From Octopus vulgaris (Eukaryota): a DNA stretch of 64,000 nt. The translations under genes were made by a program, and so were the position numbers. The notes under the pieces were generated by a model. It was not told the origin of the DNA, made no database searches, and was given only the letters and a program-made list of their open reading frames with translations. The first letter of the stretch is position 1, and each line of letters opens with the position of its first letter. Location of the stretch: assembly GCA_951406725.2 (NCBI GenBank), contig OX597832.1, positions 38,998,001 to 39,062,000 of the forward strand, read 5' to 3'. Below are positions 13,619 to 28,604 of the stretch, piece after piece.

Positions 13619-13969
13619 CATATATACAGACAGGAGGTGCTAGTTAGTTTTTGGATAAAGTTACATCTCGCGGTTCTTTTCTGTCGTAATGAATCTTTAA
13701 TTATTTCCAAACTAATTCAAGTTTAAGTTCAATAGTTTTACATTCGATCAGCCAGTAATATCGTCTCCATGATACTGTATGATTGAACTGCAGCACCTAA
13801 TGCACTCCATGCTGCTCGAATACCTATTGGCATCGGTAGTGAACGCAAAACAATATGATTATTAGTGCAAATAGAAAAAGATTAAGGCAATCAAGGGTAT
13901 TAGTTGTCTGTTATTTAATTGTTTTATCAATAAACACATCTGACTAAAACATATGTGAAAGTCATATAT

Positions 13970-14075
<106 letters not shown>

Positions 14076-14112
14076 ATGTATGTATGTATGTATGTATAAA
14101 TGTATATATGTG

Positions 14113-14158
<46 letters not shown>

Positions 14159-14540
14159 AATACATATAGATACATACATACATGCATATATATATATACA
14201 CACGCATATAAATATATATACATATATAAACATGTATACATACATGTATACGTACATGCATGGCCGCAACCTCTAAGGTGAAACATATAAAAGAATAAAA
14301 GAATACGTATATATATGTATGTGCGGATGTGTGTAGATGTTTGTATGTATATGTATATGCATGTATGCTTTAGAAAATAATTCCATATGTATTTACATAT
14401 ACATTTTATGTGGAAGTATGCTTGTTTCTGTATTCCAAAGTTAATTTCAATTTCCTATAATTCAGTCTCTACTATCCATACATATGTTCATATATGTATA
14501 TATATATATAAATATATATATATACATATTTATATTAATG

Positions 14541-14597
<57 letters not shown>

Positions 14598-14599
14598 CA

Positions 14600-14716
14600 G
14601 CAAGAATTTAGATTCAAATGAATATGGTACTTAAGTTGAGGCACCAGAATTTAGTACGATATTATCCATACAATTTCAAAATATGGTGATTAAATTCTAA
14701 TCACCTTATTTTGAAA
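14600..14716 (+). mobile_element. PLE terminal segment with fold-back end
   Basis: Reverse-complement match to 39727-39795 (abutting the PLE ORF relic) and to 17045-17125; flanked by (TA)n. Confidence 0.7.
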
Positions 14717-14765
<49 letters not shown>

Positions 14766-15136
14766 GTATGTATAAATGTATATATCAATATATCTAGATT
14801 AGTATAAACCATTCCAGCAGATTAGCAGTTTAGAAATAGATGCATACCTAAACACAGGTATTCTCATATATAAATACGCAGAAACACACACATACGCACG
14901 TTTATGCAAATATGTACGCGCATATAAACATATCTATAAATATATATATCTGTGAGTGCGTGTGTGAGTGTATGTGAATGTGTGTGCTTGTGTGTCTGTG
15001 GATGTGCGCGCACATATATACATATATATAACTATGCACGCATATATATGTATGTATGTATGAGTATGCCTATATATATATATATATATATAATTGTGTG
15101 CGTGTATGTGTGTGTGTATGTATATATATATATATA

Positions 15137-15204
15137 ACGGGAAGCTTTATGAAAATAAACAAAAGACGAAGGCAGGTGGAAAACAAACGAACAATTGTAT
15201 TAGT
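15137..15204 (-). mobile_element. Family A mini element, truncated before the hammerhead
   Basis: GAAAATAAACAAAAGACGAAGGCAGGTGGA matches 27451-27480; lies in (TA)n. Confidence 0.75.
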
Positions 15205-16223
15205 ATATATATATATACATATATATATATCCACTTTACATTTGAATGTTTTGACACTTTCAAGGTGTGATTGTCTCTCTAATCGACTGAGGAGTGTGCA
15301 ACCCTAACAAAGATATGGATGTACATATACCTGTTACACTGAATATATATGATCAAAATCATTTTCCGCCCCACCGTGATCAAGAAAAACACCAGTGGCA
15401 GATGGACTGTCTGTGTGGACACTCAGGAGCCGATAAATTTAGAATAAATACCTTTTGTACCCAAACCGAGGCATCTCAGATAATGGAAATATTTCTGACA
15501 TTTCGAAAGAAAAAGAATCTAACGTTCGTGCATGCATATATTGCGTCATAGAGTGGGCTCGAGATTGCAAAAGCCACCATCGTTTATGACATCCAGTTTA
15601 TTTATTAGCCACAAGGGCCCAAACTTAGAGGGGCACAATACAGCCTGATTGGGGTCAGACACACAATGATTAAATGACTTTTAAAATTTTACAAAATATA
15701 ATGAAATCGAATGAGATACAACAAGGACAAAATACAAACATGAAATGAAGCAGAGAGATGGGTTACGCTCCGACCCCATGAGCCCCATTCTCCCACTGGA
15801 ACCTTTGTATACAGACTTATGACATCCACGCAAAGATAGACCACACATTAGTAATGGTGATGATTTTTTTTTACGTATCACCTGAATATAAAAATACTTC
15901 AACGCGCACAAACTGTTACGTAGAGTTGCAGAAATTGTGAACTAATATAGAAAGTGACACTGTAATATTACAGAAGCGAATGGAGCAAAACCTTGAAATG
16001 GTAAGATACGAGAATAAGCATTGTGTTAGATTTGGACGAAACTAAATGTGTAAAATATTAATCCTCGTTGATGAAGCCCGGGCTTCGACAAGTCTCTCAT
16101 CGTTGACCTAAAGCAGTGGTTTCCAACTTTTCACTAACGAGTACTCCTTTTATTTAAATGAGTTTTCCCACGGACCACTTTTAATATGCTTATCCTTAAG
16201 TATATACATACATATATATACAT

Positions 16224-16281
<58 letters not shown>

Positions 16282-16489
16282 ATATATCCGGTATATATAA
16301 CACTACAGCTGCCGTCAATGAGAAACAGCCGGCTGGCTCAGCTACAAGCAGATAAAGGCTGGTACAAAGACACCTTAAGGACACAAGAATGCTTAAGTAG
16401 ATCACTTTGGGTCACATGGATCTGTCTCGACCCTTCTGCAGCCTGAATAATTGTCCTCTAATTTAGATTTTGGCAGTCCAAAATTGGAC

Positions 16490-16727
16490 TGGTCGAGACA
16501 ATGGAATTTACTATGTTACGCCAGACTTCACGGTCCACCATAGCATTACGGAGGTCCTGTTGCTGGATGCCTGTATCCCTGGAGATTACATCAGGGTAGG
16601 AGAGTGTGCGCCCTCTGGTATTGCGAGTAGATGGCTTCCAGAGGAGAAGAGTAGAAATTACCTCGTTTTCAGCTCTACAACAATGTCCAGCAAACTGGAC
16701 TCTCCTACATTTCACTAGGCCACACAC
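16490..16727 (-). pseudogene. RTE-type LINE C-terminal fragment
   Basis: RRVQFAGHCCRAENEVISTLLLWKP..RGR..YPD..DTG..LRNAMVDREVWR, a typical RTE/RTEX C-terminus. Confidence 0.8.
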
Positions 16728-17158
16728 ACGTATGTAGGTATGTACTGCGATACCAGTGCCTGATTAGATACTGTGATTCTAAGATTATATCGCTAGCGGA
16801 GAGGTTGCTGATGTTTCCAGTGACCAGGCGTCTACCATTAACAAAGACAAAGGAGGCGGAAATCACGTGCTCCTTGCGGTGGCCATGTCAGTTTTTGTCT
16901 CCCACTAACGATGTAAATAACAGTGTTTATATGCACTACAGAACCACTTTCAAGTTAAGTATTTATTAAGTATACATATGTGTGTATAGGTGTGTGTATA
17001 TATATATAATGTATGTATGTATGTATATGTGTATACATATGTGTCGCCTTATTTTGAAATTGTACGGATAATACCGCATTAATTTTTGGTGCCTCAACCT
17101 AAGTATCTAATTCATCTCAATCTCAATTATATGTATGTATATATGTATATATATATGT

Positions 17159-17230
<72 letters not shown>

Positions 17231-17239
17231 GTATATATA

Positions 17240-17282
<43 letters not shown>

Positions 17283-17295
17283 GAATGAATGTATG

Positions 17296-17329
<34 letters not shown>

Positions 17330-17554
17330 TGTATGTATGTATGTATGTATGAATGTATCTGTGTGTGCGCGCGTGTGTGTATAAGAAACAAATTAAAAAT
17401 AATGGTCATTATATATTTTTCCTTTGTTAGTTCAAATTTGGTTGACAAGTGCTTCCCATAGTCATTATACGTACATTGCTGATAGTTTACTCAAATGGTT
17501 CATTGATCAATTGAGAAAAATTGAACGACCTATATATGTGTGTGTGTGTATGTA

Positions 17555-17632
<78 letters not shown>

Positions 17633-18157
17633 GACGTAGATATATTAGGAATACAGTACATTCAGAAGCTCACCAAAATGTGGAAAGAAATAGACAAGTT
17701 CCTACCTCCTAAGGGCATTTGTATCACGTATTTATCAAATATTTTCCCTTCGACTGCGATGTACAATGTACGTGTGAGGTGGCGATTATTCAGTTACAGT
17801 CCGTTTCCTAGTCTGATATTAGTGAGTTTCTTAACAGAGCGAGTCTCACATTGTTTGCCGTCGACCGGAGAGATGACTATACGCTAAACATATAGCTATC
17901 AACCAAGATGTGCACATGAGAAAAAGATCTCGTGAAGGACTGGATGTTAAAATGTTTGTCACGTATCTAGACGAAAGAGAGCTTTGATAGTTTAATGGAA
18001 GCAGCTACGGAAGCTAGTATAAGATGCAATGAAACATTAACGCTGTGCTATGTACAAATCAAACTGAATTATTCATATATAAGTGACAAATAATCTTACA
18101 CCAACCAACTGTAAATCAGCTAAATATTCAGTGAAGATTCTTAAATAAATCTTCATA

Positions 18158-18550
18158 GGCGCAGGAGTGGCTGTGTGGTAAATAGATTGTTTACCAACCA
18201 CATGGTTCCGGGTTCAGTCCCACTGCGTGGCACCTTGGGCAAGTGTCTTCTACTATAGCCTCGGTCTGACCAAAGCCTTGTGAGTGGATTTGGTAGACGG
18301 AAACTGAAAGAAGCCCGTCGTATATATGTACATATATATATGCGTGCGTGTGTTTGTCCCCCTAGCATTGCTTGACAACCGATGCTGGTGTGTTTTTGTC
18401 CCCGTTACTTAGCGGTTCTGCAAAAGAGACCGATAGAATAAGTACTGGGCTTACAAAAGAATAAGTCCCGGGGTCGATTTGCTCGATTGGGGGGCGGTAC
18501 TCCAGCATGGCCGCAGTCAAATGACTGAAACAAGTAAAAGAGTAAAAGAG
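18158..18550 (+). mobile_element. tRNA-derived SINE family 1, full length
   Basis: A-box-like TGGCTGTGTGG, B-box-like GGTTCAGTCC, CORE-like CCTTGGGCAAGT, internal (TA)/(TG) tract, (GTAAAAGA)n tail. Confidence 0.92.
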
Positions 18551-18559
18551 TATATCCTC

Positions 18560-18870
18560 GTAGGCTCAGTGGTTAACGCGTCGGGCTCACAATTATATTT
18601 TAGTGAGGTCGATCCTTGAACCGTGCTGTATGTTGTGTTCTTGAGCAAGACACTTCATTTCACGTAGCTCCAATTCACTCAGTTGTAGATACGAGTTGCG
18701 ACGTCACTATCGCCCATCTGTATCGGTCTTTGACTTTTCCTTGGGTGACATCGGTTGCATGGGGACGTGAGGCTGGTGAACATGGGCGACTTATGGTCTT
18801 CCATAAAATAATTCTGCCCGGATTAGTGCATCGGAGGGGAACGTTCTAGGCGCAATCCCATGGTGTCTCG
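18560..18870 (+). mobile_element. tRNA-derived SINE family 3
   Basis: GGCTCAGTGGTTA head and TTCTTGAGCAAGACAC; colinear with 46015-46345. Confidence 0.8.
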
Positions 18871-18994
18871 CAGTGGGACTGAATCCAGAACCATGTGGGG
18901 TTGGGGAGTAAATTTCTTATCATGGAGCCATGCCTGTACCTATATGTATATATATTGATACTTATGTGTGTGCGTGTTTGCGTGTGTAAAAATT

Positions 18995-19874
18995 GTAAAG
19001 TGCGATGGGTAAATTGTTGCCATTTTATATTTATAATTTCGAGCATGCGCATTGTTTGTTCTTGATTTTGTCGACTACACAGTGTAGTAGGGTTTGTTGG
19101 AAAACCGGTTGTGAGAAAAAACAGCACTATGGCGCAATTCACTCTGCCAGAAATTTGGAAACGACATACTGTACTGCCTGGCGTTCGCGTCTGGAATCTC
19201 CAACACGAACATTTCAGAGTGTTTGGATGTCAATCTGAGGACAGTGCATATCTCAAGAGTGATAAAATCAAACATCCAGTCAACATCATGGTGTTTCGAG
19301 TGGTCACTAGTGATGGCGACGTTATGCCTCCATTCATATTCCCACACGGCCTGAGACTCAACACGGTGGCCTACATTTAGTACCTGGAAGAGGTAGTGCT
19401 GCCCTGGTTCAAGAGGATGGCTACTGGAAGACACTATGTCAGACAACAGGACTCTGTACTATGCCACACAAGCAGGAGAACCCAGCCATGGCTGTCAGAC
19501 AATTTCTGTGACCACGTCACCTCTAACATCTGGCTACCTAAATCCCCACACTGCGATCCCCTTGATTATTATGTGTGAGGCGCAATTGAGCGAGAAATCA
19601 AAAAATTTGCAACCCTAAAGATGGACTGACGGCAAGGATTAGGGCCGAATTCCCCAAATTAAACAAGCTGACCGTCCAGAAGAGTGGTAGGAGATGCCGA
19701 AATCGTCTGTAGGCGATTTCATTAAATAAATTTATACTTTATTATTTCATTTACTAAATTTTAGTATTTAGTATTACTTTTATGTAATTTTGGTGAATAT
19801 ATCTGTTAAAATGAACAGTCAGTGTTATTTTCATTTTTGCATAATTTAGATGACAATATTCTCACCGTACCCTG
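18995..19874 (+). mobile_element. Tc1/mariner DD37D (maT) transposon, internally deleted
   Basis: QQD..WLPKSPHCDPLDY with 37 residues between the 2nd and 3rd Asp; right end CACCGTACCCTG followed by TA; degenerate left TIR near 18995. Confidence 0.88.
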
Positions 19875-20577
19875 TATGCATAAATGGATTCAACACATTA
19901 CGTAATGTTACTCTATTTTGATGCACGCCATTTTATGTTAGAGTATTGAATTATATACAACTGTATAACATTCTATATTACAGGTTCCTATCATGTATTA
20001 TTATTTTGTATTATGAAATGCTATTGTATAATAAAAATGATAATATATATCATGCATATTTTTTAATATAATTGTATATTAATGGCTCCTGTAGTGTATA
20101 ATTTTATATCATTGCATAGTATATCACATTGCTGCTATATAATTCCTAAAGAATAAGACGCACGAAATAATGGATAACTACAAAATATATAAGGCCGATT
20201 AATCTTATGTATGATATGTAAAAGAGGATATGACAGCTAAATGAAAGGAAAATAGTCCATATCAACAGTGACGTCAGAATAAAAAGGCAAGAAACGTTCA
20301 ATGATATTAATACGCAATGACAAAACAATATGTTGAGTATTGAAAAGAAAGCTGATATTATAAATGAACAATAACGAAAAAAATAAAAATATTCCACATC
20401 AAATACACGAAATATGCTTTGTTTTGTTCTTTTTTTCTTATTCTATTTTATTCCAAAGATGAAGTTTGATTAAACTCATCTCGTAGCGTTTCGTCTCTCG
20501 CTTGAATGAACATAAGCAAAAATAAGCGAACGCATACACAGACATGCATAGATACGTAGCTAAGTAGATATTTGATG

Positions 20578-20691
<114 letters not shown>

Positions 20692-20696
20692 TAGAT

Positions 20697-20767
<71 letters not shown>

Positions 20768-20802
20768 AACGTTCATATATAATATATATATATATGTATG
20801 TA

Positions 20803-20838
<36 letters not shown>

Positions 20839-20985
20839 GAGAGAGAGAGAGAGAGAGAGAGTGAGACAGAAAGATGAATATGTTATGAGAGAAAGGAGTT
20901 TCAGATTATATGTGAGTGAATATTTGTTTGAGTATATGTGATTGCATATGTGTTTGTGTGTGCTTGTGCATGGATGAGTCTGTGT

Positions 20986-21034
<49 letters not shown>

Positions 21035-21205
21035 TGATGTTTAACTCGATAAAAACTAAAAACCTTTCTTTACCGAGAGGCAAATACATCTAAAGAAATA
21101 GGTGCAAACTTACATATAAAAATATCACATGTACTTAAACACACAGACACGTACACACACATACACACATGCAGGTACATGCACATTCATGCACATACAT
21201 GTATG

Positions 21206-21259
<54 letters not shown>

Positions 21260-21530
21260 ATATATATAATATATATCCATGATATATATAATTTATATAT
21301 AGATATTTTATGTGTATACATACACACACACACACACATATATATATATAACAGACATACACACATATGTACATCTGCACACAGAGCGGGAGAGAGAGAG
21401 AGAGAGAGTAATGTATCTAAGTGCTAACCATGGTATTGTGGTAGATTTGTTTTCACTCAGTTATTCGTGAGTTTAATGTCTGTCACTTGTCATACATACA
21501 CACACACACATCCCTACACACATATGCATG

Positions 21531-21567
<37 letters not shown>

Positions 21568-21659
21568 ACTCATACACACGCATATATATCTATACATACA
21601 TATACATATATATCTATACATACATATACATATTTATATAAATATATATAATATATATG

Positions 21660-21710
<51 letters not shown>

Positions 21711-22852
21711 TGCTTTCGTTTCTCGTTGTGTTCTACGTTTATTTGTGGTGTCCTGTACTCATATATGCATGTACATATACATATAGATGTAAGTATGTAC
21801 ATATATGTATGTATATATGCATATATTTTATTTATTATATTGTTATATATATATATATACATATATACACACACATAATGGGTATGTGTGCATGAAAAAA
21901 GCATTTTTTAAAATATTTTTATGCGTATTTGCATGTGTGTTTGTCCTCTAATTGAAAACATTGCCAATGTGCTGATGCTGTTTACACCAAAATCTCCTCC
22001 TTTGCAAAGAAATAAAATTTTATTGGATATCTTTTTTTTTTTTGTGTGTATGAAAAGTTAGAATATTAAAATCTTTCCCTGAATGACGAACAAAAGAAAG
22101 TTTGAAAGCAATATAAGAACAGTATTGTACAACCAATGACGTAATGGTCACATGACCGAGTTTGTAAAGACGCTTGCCATCAATGGCGTTGTTGTTGTTC
22201 TTGCTGGTGCTGCTGCGGTTGCTGTTGATGATGATGATGATGATGATGATGAAGATGACGATGATGTTGGAGATGATGATGATGATGATCACGATGATGT
22301 TGGAGATGATGATGATGATGATCATCATCATCATGATGATCATGATGATGAGTATGATGATGATAGTTGTATGGCTGGAAGCTTAGCTGCTGCTGATAAT
22401 AATAATGATGATGACGACGGCGACTGCGATGACGACGACGACTGCGATTACGTTGACAACGTCAATCGCAACGACACGACAACGATGACTGTGATGATGA
22501 TGAGGAGGAGGAGTAGGAGGAGGAAGAGAGTTTAATCCGCAGTAAATATGACAAGATTCATTTCAATCCTAATAAGATATCGATTTTTTAATCTGTTAGC
22601 GCAGGCGATGTGAAGTGAAACCGGGAGGGTTGGGGAATGTCAAGGAATTAAGTGGAGGACAGCGAGTGCTTTGAAAGACCAGTGGAATTGGTGGGAACGA
22701 AAACTTGACTGGAAAGTATCATCAAACATTGGGGCTCAAAACTTCGTAAGGGTTGAAACCGAATTTTATCAGGACAGAGAATTTAGAAAAGATCAAACTG
22801 TAATTAATATCTTCTTTAATTTTAATGAAGCCACTCATTTTGTCGTATATAA

Positions 22853-22913
<61 letters not shown>

Positions 22914-22927
22914 TACACACACACACG

Positions 22928-23075
<148 letters not shown>

Positions 23076-23093
23076 CAGACAGGCAGACAGATA

Positions 23094-25114
23094 CAGTAGA
23101 GCCTGCTTTATAAATCCATCTTGGACCGTCTATTTTGGATTTATTAAACGAGGGAACGAAATTCTCCGATTGATTAAACCTGTGTATTTATTAAAATACA
23201 TACATGCGAATACATAAATAAAAACACTATAGACAATGTCATTGAGTGAAAAATTTGTCCAGCGTTGTTTGCTTTGCTGGACGCTTTGTTCGCAACTCTC
23301 CGTTGGTTTTTCCCGTAAGAGTTCAAAAAAGATTCTTGTCACTGAAATCAAATTTTTCAGAGCCATTTTCTAATCGAGTGAGATAGTATCTCTTTTCAGC
23401 TGGCGTTGGAGTCTCCGGAACTCTTTCCTCAACATTAATGTCGGATTCACCATCTTCATCTCCTTCGGTTTCCTTCTCAGGTTGTCGAATGTCATGAATG
23501 ATCTCATGTAGTTCTTCTTCAGGGATGATCGCTGGAGCAACAAAAGCACTATCATTGTAACGTTCAGTTTTGTAACGTTCTAACAATTGAATCTCTTCTG
23601 CCACGGATTGATTTATCTTGCTTCTCTCCAGTGGCCCAGCAACAAAATTTGCTAAGGGGGTGCAAACCCAGGTCCTAATTTTTTAATGAAAAATGTGGAT
23701 TTTTCAATGTTAACATTAAAACAAATGCAGGTATAATAATAATTTTTATTATTATGAGGGTCGGCTGAAATGTTCATAATCTGAGCAAGACGCTCTCAAT
23801 AGAATGTGACCAAATGAAGTTCATTTTCTAACATAGTTCCTCTTACTGTCCACACACTTCCATAAGTAGTTGCAGTGCTTGGGTCACACTTGTGAAGAAG
23901 CTTTTCTGTTGAGCAAAATGGTCATCAACAACAGATAATATGTTCTCATCATAGTGATACTGGTGTTCAGCTGAGTGTTTTTCTATGTTGGGAAACAGAT
24001 GATAACCAGAAGGAACCAAATCACTAACATAGGGAGGATGATCAACCAGTTCAAAGCCAGTCACACACAGCAGCCATTGAAACCAAGGACTTGTGTGCTG
24101 AATCAGTGTTCTAATGAAACAAGACCCCATTCATCAGTTTTTCTGGGTGTTTGGTCTTGATAGCCTTTCATAACTTGCTTAGGTGTGATCAATATTTTTT
24201 ACATTAATGCATAGTATATATAATAATGTGAAGTATATTTTGCATAAGCATAAGCAACCACATTCCCCATCCTACTATCCTCATAGATCAATTGAACGCG
24301 ATCTCTATATCTCTTTATGGAGCTAACATTAGGTACCTATGCTCAGACTGAGATTAGTGATACTGCATGTATCCAATGATATATACAAGGAGGGCGCAAT
24401 ATGACACAACGCCATTTTGATTACGATGTTTCCAACATTTTAAATTAGGAATGTACAGAATCAGTAAAAAAAATGAGGAAAGTACACTCATTTACATTTT
24501 CTAGTTAATTACGCAAATTGGCAACACTTATGGTGAGTAGGTCTCCATTCACTTCATAAACTAGATTTCACATTTGTGAGCGCTATTAATCGTTTAGGAC
24601 AGTTAGATTTTACTTACTATAACGCACATTTTCCACTGAACTCAACCAGAGTATTTTCGTGAGCAAGTGGACACTCGTTCATAGTTGATCTCTGATTGGC
24701 TGTATGCAAATGAGTTCATAACTTAGGTCCATAACTCTCGTGGTAAAAAAAATCGCGTCCCGACGCCTACTTTGCCGCTTGAATGACAGGGTTATGTGAT
24801 AGGTTTCAACAACCACCGTAGCTACTATATATTTATTGATCTATTTTTGGATGATAGTGTGTACCACATGATAACTGGCTGTGGATGCCGGAGCCTACCT
24901 GTCAGTATTTAAGAGCGAAAAAATCCCCACTTCATTCGTTCGCTGTCACTTGTTGACACTTTGAGAAGAAGCAGCTTCAATTAGATTCATTAAGCGATGG
25001 TTTGGATTTATTAAACGAGTGATTTTATCGGTAAAAAAATCCGTCCCAACCCATTTTGGATTCATTAAGAGCGTGGATTTATTTTCAGTGGATTTATAAA
25101 GCGGGATCACGCTG
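23094..25114 (-). mobile_element. pogo/Tigger-like DNA transposon remnant
   Basis: TA-CAGTAGAGCCTGCTTTATAAATCCA left end versus TGGATTTATAAAGCGGG at 25089; subterminal TTTGGATTTATTAAACGAG repeats; acidic Tigger-like C-terminal ORF 23323-23604. Confidence 0.72.
23754..24180 (-). mobile_element. mariner (DD34D-type) transposase 3' remnant nested in the Tigger-like element
   Basis: GFELVDHPPYVSDLVPSGYHLFPNI, a decayed HPPYSPDLAPSDYHLF motif; mariner-like end TATGAGGGTCGGCTGAAA near 23753. Confidence 0.85.
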
Positions 25115-25832
25115 ATGAATTCAAAAAAAGGGATAAAAAATTATGCTAGATATTAGTACTGCGAACTAGAAATTTTTAAGAACACCATAGAAGAAAATAT
25201 ATAATTATATATGGGAATCCTATACACATTCTTTCCCGCATTCCTCTCAATATAAATTTCTAACCCGCTTCGTGTTATGAGGAGACTGTTATCTCTCTTG
25301 TATTGGCAGCCGTTACAAGGGTGAGTCACGTGTATATCAAGCTTTTTATTTAAATATACATCAATATTGCTTCAGTCCCTTAAATCGAGACCGAAATCAT
25401 TCATTTCTTCAAATAGGTTTTGCCTTGAAGGAGTTAAACTAATGTCATATAAGTTCAAAGTGGTTTTGAAGCAAAGCTTTTAACTACACTACACACATAT
25501 AAGATGTAACTATATTTTCTTCATACTCCCAGTTGCGTAGATTGTTCATTCTAGCGTATATCGCTTCTTTGAATATATAACCAGTCATTTAGTTCCTATC
25601 TCTCAAATATACACCACAGGATTAAAATCATGAGAATGTCATACACGCTATTCGTATGCATGTATGTATATGTATGTATGTATTATTTATGCGTTTATGT
25701 ATGTATGTATGTATTATGTATGTATGTATATGTATGTATGTATGCATGTATGTATGTATGTATGTATATGTATGTATGTATGTAATTCATGCATTTATGT
25801 ATGTATAAATGTATGCAAGCATGCGTATAAGA

Positions 25833-25888
<56 letters not shown>

Positions 25889-26164
25889 ATAAACAGAGCA
25901 AACAGTGTGCTTATGAGTAAATATATTCGATGTAAATTATATAAAATATGTTTACCACAAATATATTAGCCCCACTCTGTGCATATGGCTCTAAGATAAG
26001 CGCTCGAAGCTTCGGCCAGTTCAAGGAGAAAATCATCTCAGAAAAGCAGAGAAGTGTGTTAAAAAATAATTTACAAATTCATAAATAATTTAAATTATTC
26101 TTAAATTTGGCAGTAGTAGTAATCCGAAACACACACACACACACACGCACACACACACACGCAT

Positions 26165-26230
<66 letters not shown>

Positions 26231-27112
26231 GAAAATCTATTGTTTATTCTCCATTACACACGGTTTATTTGCTAACAGGAATCCCAAAGATTTACAGTTA
26301 TAGAATTTTTTACTAGAAACTTTTCGGATAAAATTTTATAATCATAATTATGATATTATGATATTATAATGATAATTATAATTATAATATCATAATTATG
26401 ATATAATTACAATTTATTGTAATTAATAAATAATACCAAATAATTTCCAATTTTCTGTTTTATTATAAATTGACTCTGCAAATAGTTTTTTCAGAATTCA
26501 CAATTTTCATATGTATTTTGATTCACACAGAGCACCAACTCCGGATATATATTGATTGTAATATTGGAACCAGCTGATGTGCTTCGCGAAGAAACAGCTG
26601 GGATTTACCATAACTAGCTTATATCGTGTATGTATATAAATATATACACACATCAAATTGTACGTAGATAAATCAAAGGTAAAAAAACACGACAAACGGA
26701 AATCGTCAGAACATAACAAGCAGGAAAAGGACGATAGCACAACAACGGCAAACAGAACGAAACAAGATACACGGATCAATCGCAGCCAATTGCTTCTTCA
26801 GCTGGAGTCTAGGATGTCCACGTAGTTTCGACCAATCTTCTGTGATACGACTCGAAACCATTTATGCTTGTTATGTTTTGACGATTTCCGTTTGTTGTGT
26901 ATTTTACCTTTGATCTCTCTATGCAGTGCTATGTACAATTTGGTGTTTACTTTGTAAAAAGAAAATACCCCTTGAATATTATATACGACTCTCACCCACT
27001 TTTCCTAGCTTTTCCCCTTTTCTTTCTTCCTCTTTGCCTCTCTGTCTCTCCTTTTCTCTCTTTCTCCTGTCTCTCTCACCCTCTCGTTCTCGCTTTTCTC
27101 CCTTAGACCTTC

Positions 27113-27149
<37 letters not shown>

Positions 27150-27435
27150 TATCGTTCCTCTGTCCTGATTTTATTTTCCCTCTCTCGTATTCCTAATCCC
27201 TTTCCCCCTCCTTCTTATCTCTATATCTTTTGCTTTCCTTCCTCACCTCCCTGGTACCTTTTTGCTCTCTCTCTCTCTCCCTCAGAGTCTATGATCCCGC
27301 CCTCTCATTATTTGGTCCCTCTGATTTCTTTCCGCTCTCTTCTATTCCTTAATCCCTCCTCTGCTTTCTTCAACTACTTCCCTCCTCTACCACGTGATCG
27401 TTGTCCAGTTCATGCATGGACAACCATGCATATAT

Positions 27436-27625
27436 AAAGGGAAAGTTTACGAAAATAAACAAAAGACGAAGGCAGGTGGAGTACAAACAAACAAATGTAT
27501 TAGTATAGCGCTCAGGAATAGAAAAAGTATTTTACGTTTCGAGCCTACGCTCTTCGACAGAAAGATGCACAGAAAAAAACAAGGAGAGAAACAAGGAGAG
27601 AAAAAAATACGTGTAGGAGCTAACG
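27436..27625 (-). mobile_element. Family A mini element with hammerhead-like motif at 27529-27564 (A6U core)
   Basis: Minus strand CTTT-CTGTCGA-A-GAGC(GTAG)GCTC-GAAAC-GTA-AAA; same family as 32682-32838. Confidence 0.7.
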
Positions 27626-28208
27626 ATCTATCATGGTGTATATCGTTATCCTGCTTTTTCACACGGATTCTTACTACAGTTAGTATAACACTGGTTCCGA
27701 TTAGTCAAATCCGTGCAACATAGACAACCTAATCTGTGAGAATCTATCACAACATCACAGCAGAATATCAGCGATCGATTCGTGACTATAATTAGTTTGA
27801 AATCAGTAACCCGAATCATTATAATGTGATTGGTTTACTGTTCGACAATTGACAGTTGTTTAAAATCTGATATTATTTTCCACAAAATTTCACTATAATT
27901 ATTGTTCAGAGAAAAGATGAAATCGAAATTAATTAGTGAAACTGAATGTGAAATATCGTTATCAGGATAATCAAGGATTCTTTAAAAGATAGCTCGGAAC
28001 AATTCGTTAGAAAAAAAAAATCATACGGACGATTAGCATATGAATATATCTGGTAAGGTGACTTAACCAAATAACAGAAGATCTCGATCTGATGGTTTCA
28101 ATTCCTGGACCGGCTGGTGCCTTGTGTTCTTGAGCAAAACACTCCATCTCACGTGGCTCTGCAATCATTTCGACACCGTGTGGAATTTGAAGAGCACCGG
28201 CACACTCT

Positions 28209-28604
28209 CTCTTTTTACTCTTTTACTTGTTTCAGTCATTTGACTGCGGCCATGCTGGAGCACCGCCTTTATAGTCGATCAAATCGACCCCCGGGCCTTA
28301 TTCTTTGTAAGCCCAGTACTTATTCTATCGGTCTATTTTGCCGAACCGCTAAGTGACGGGGACGTAAACACACCAGCATCGGTTGTCAAGCAATGCTAGG
28401 GGGACAAACACAGACACACAACCCACACACACACACACACACATGTATATATATACATATATACGACAGGCTTCTTTCAGTTTCCGTCTACCAAATCCAC
28501 TCACAAGGCATTGGTCGGCCCGGGACTATAGCAGAAGACACTTGCCCAAGATGCCACGCAGTGGTTGGTTAGCAAGCTACTTACCACACAGCCACTCCTG
28601 CGCC
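28209..28604 (-). mobile_element. SINE family 1 (B-box region deleted)
   Basis: Reverse complement of 18158-18550. Confidence 0.9.

Noticed and set aside
22152-22535. Asp-rich ORF resembling an acidic biomineralisation protein
   Set aside because: (GAT)n microsatellite open in several frames; no supportable gene structure.
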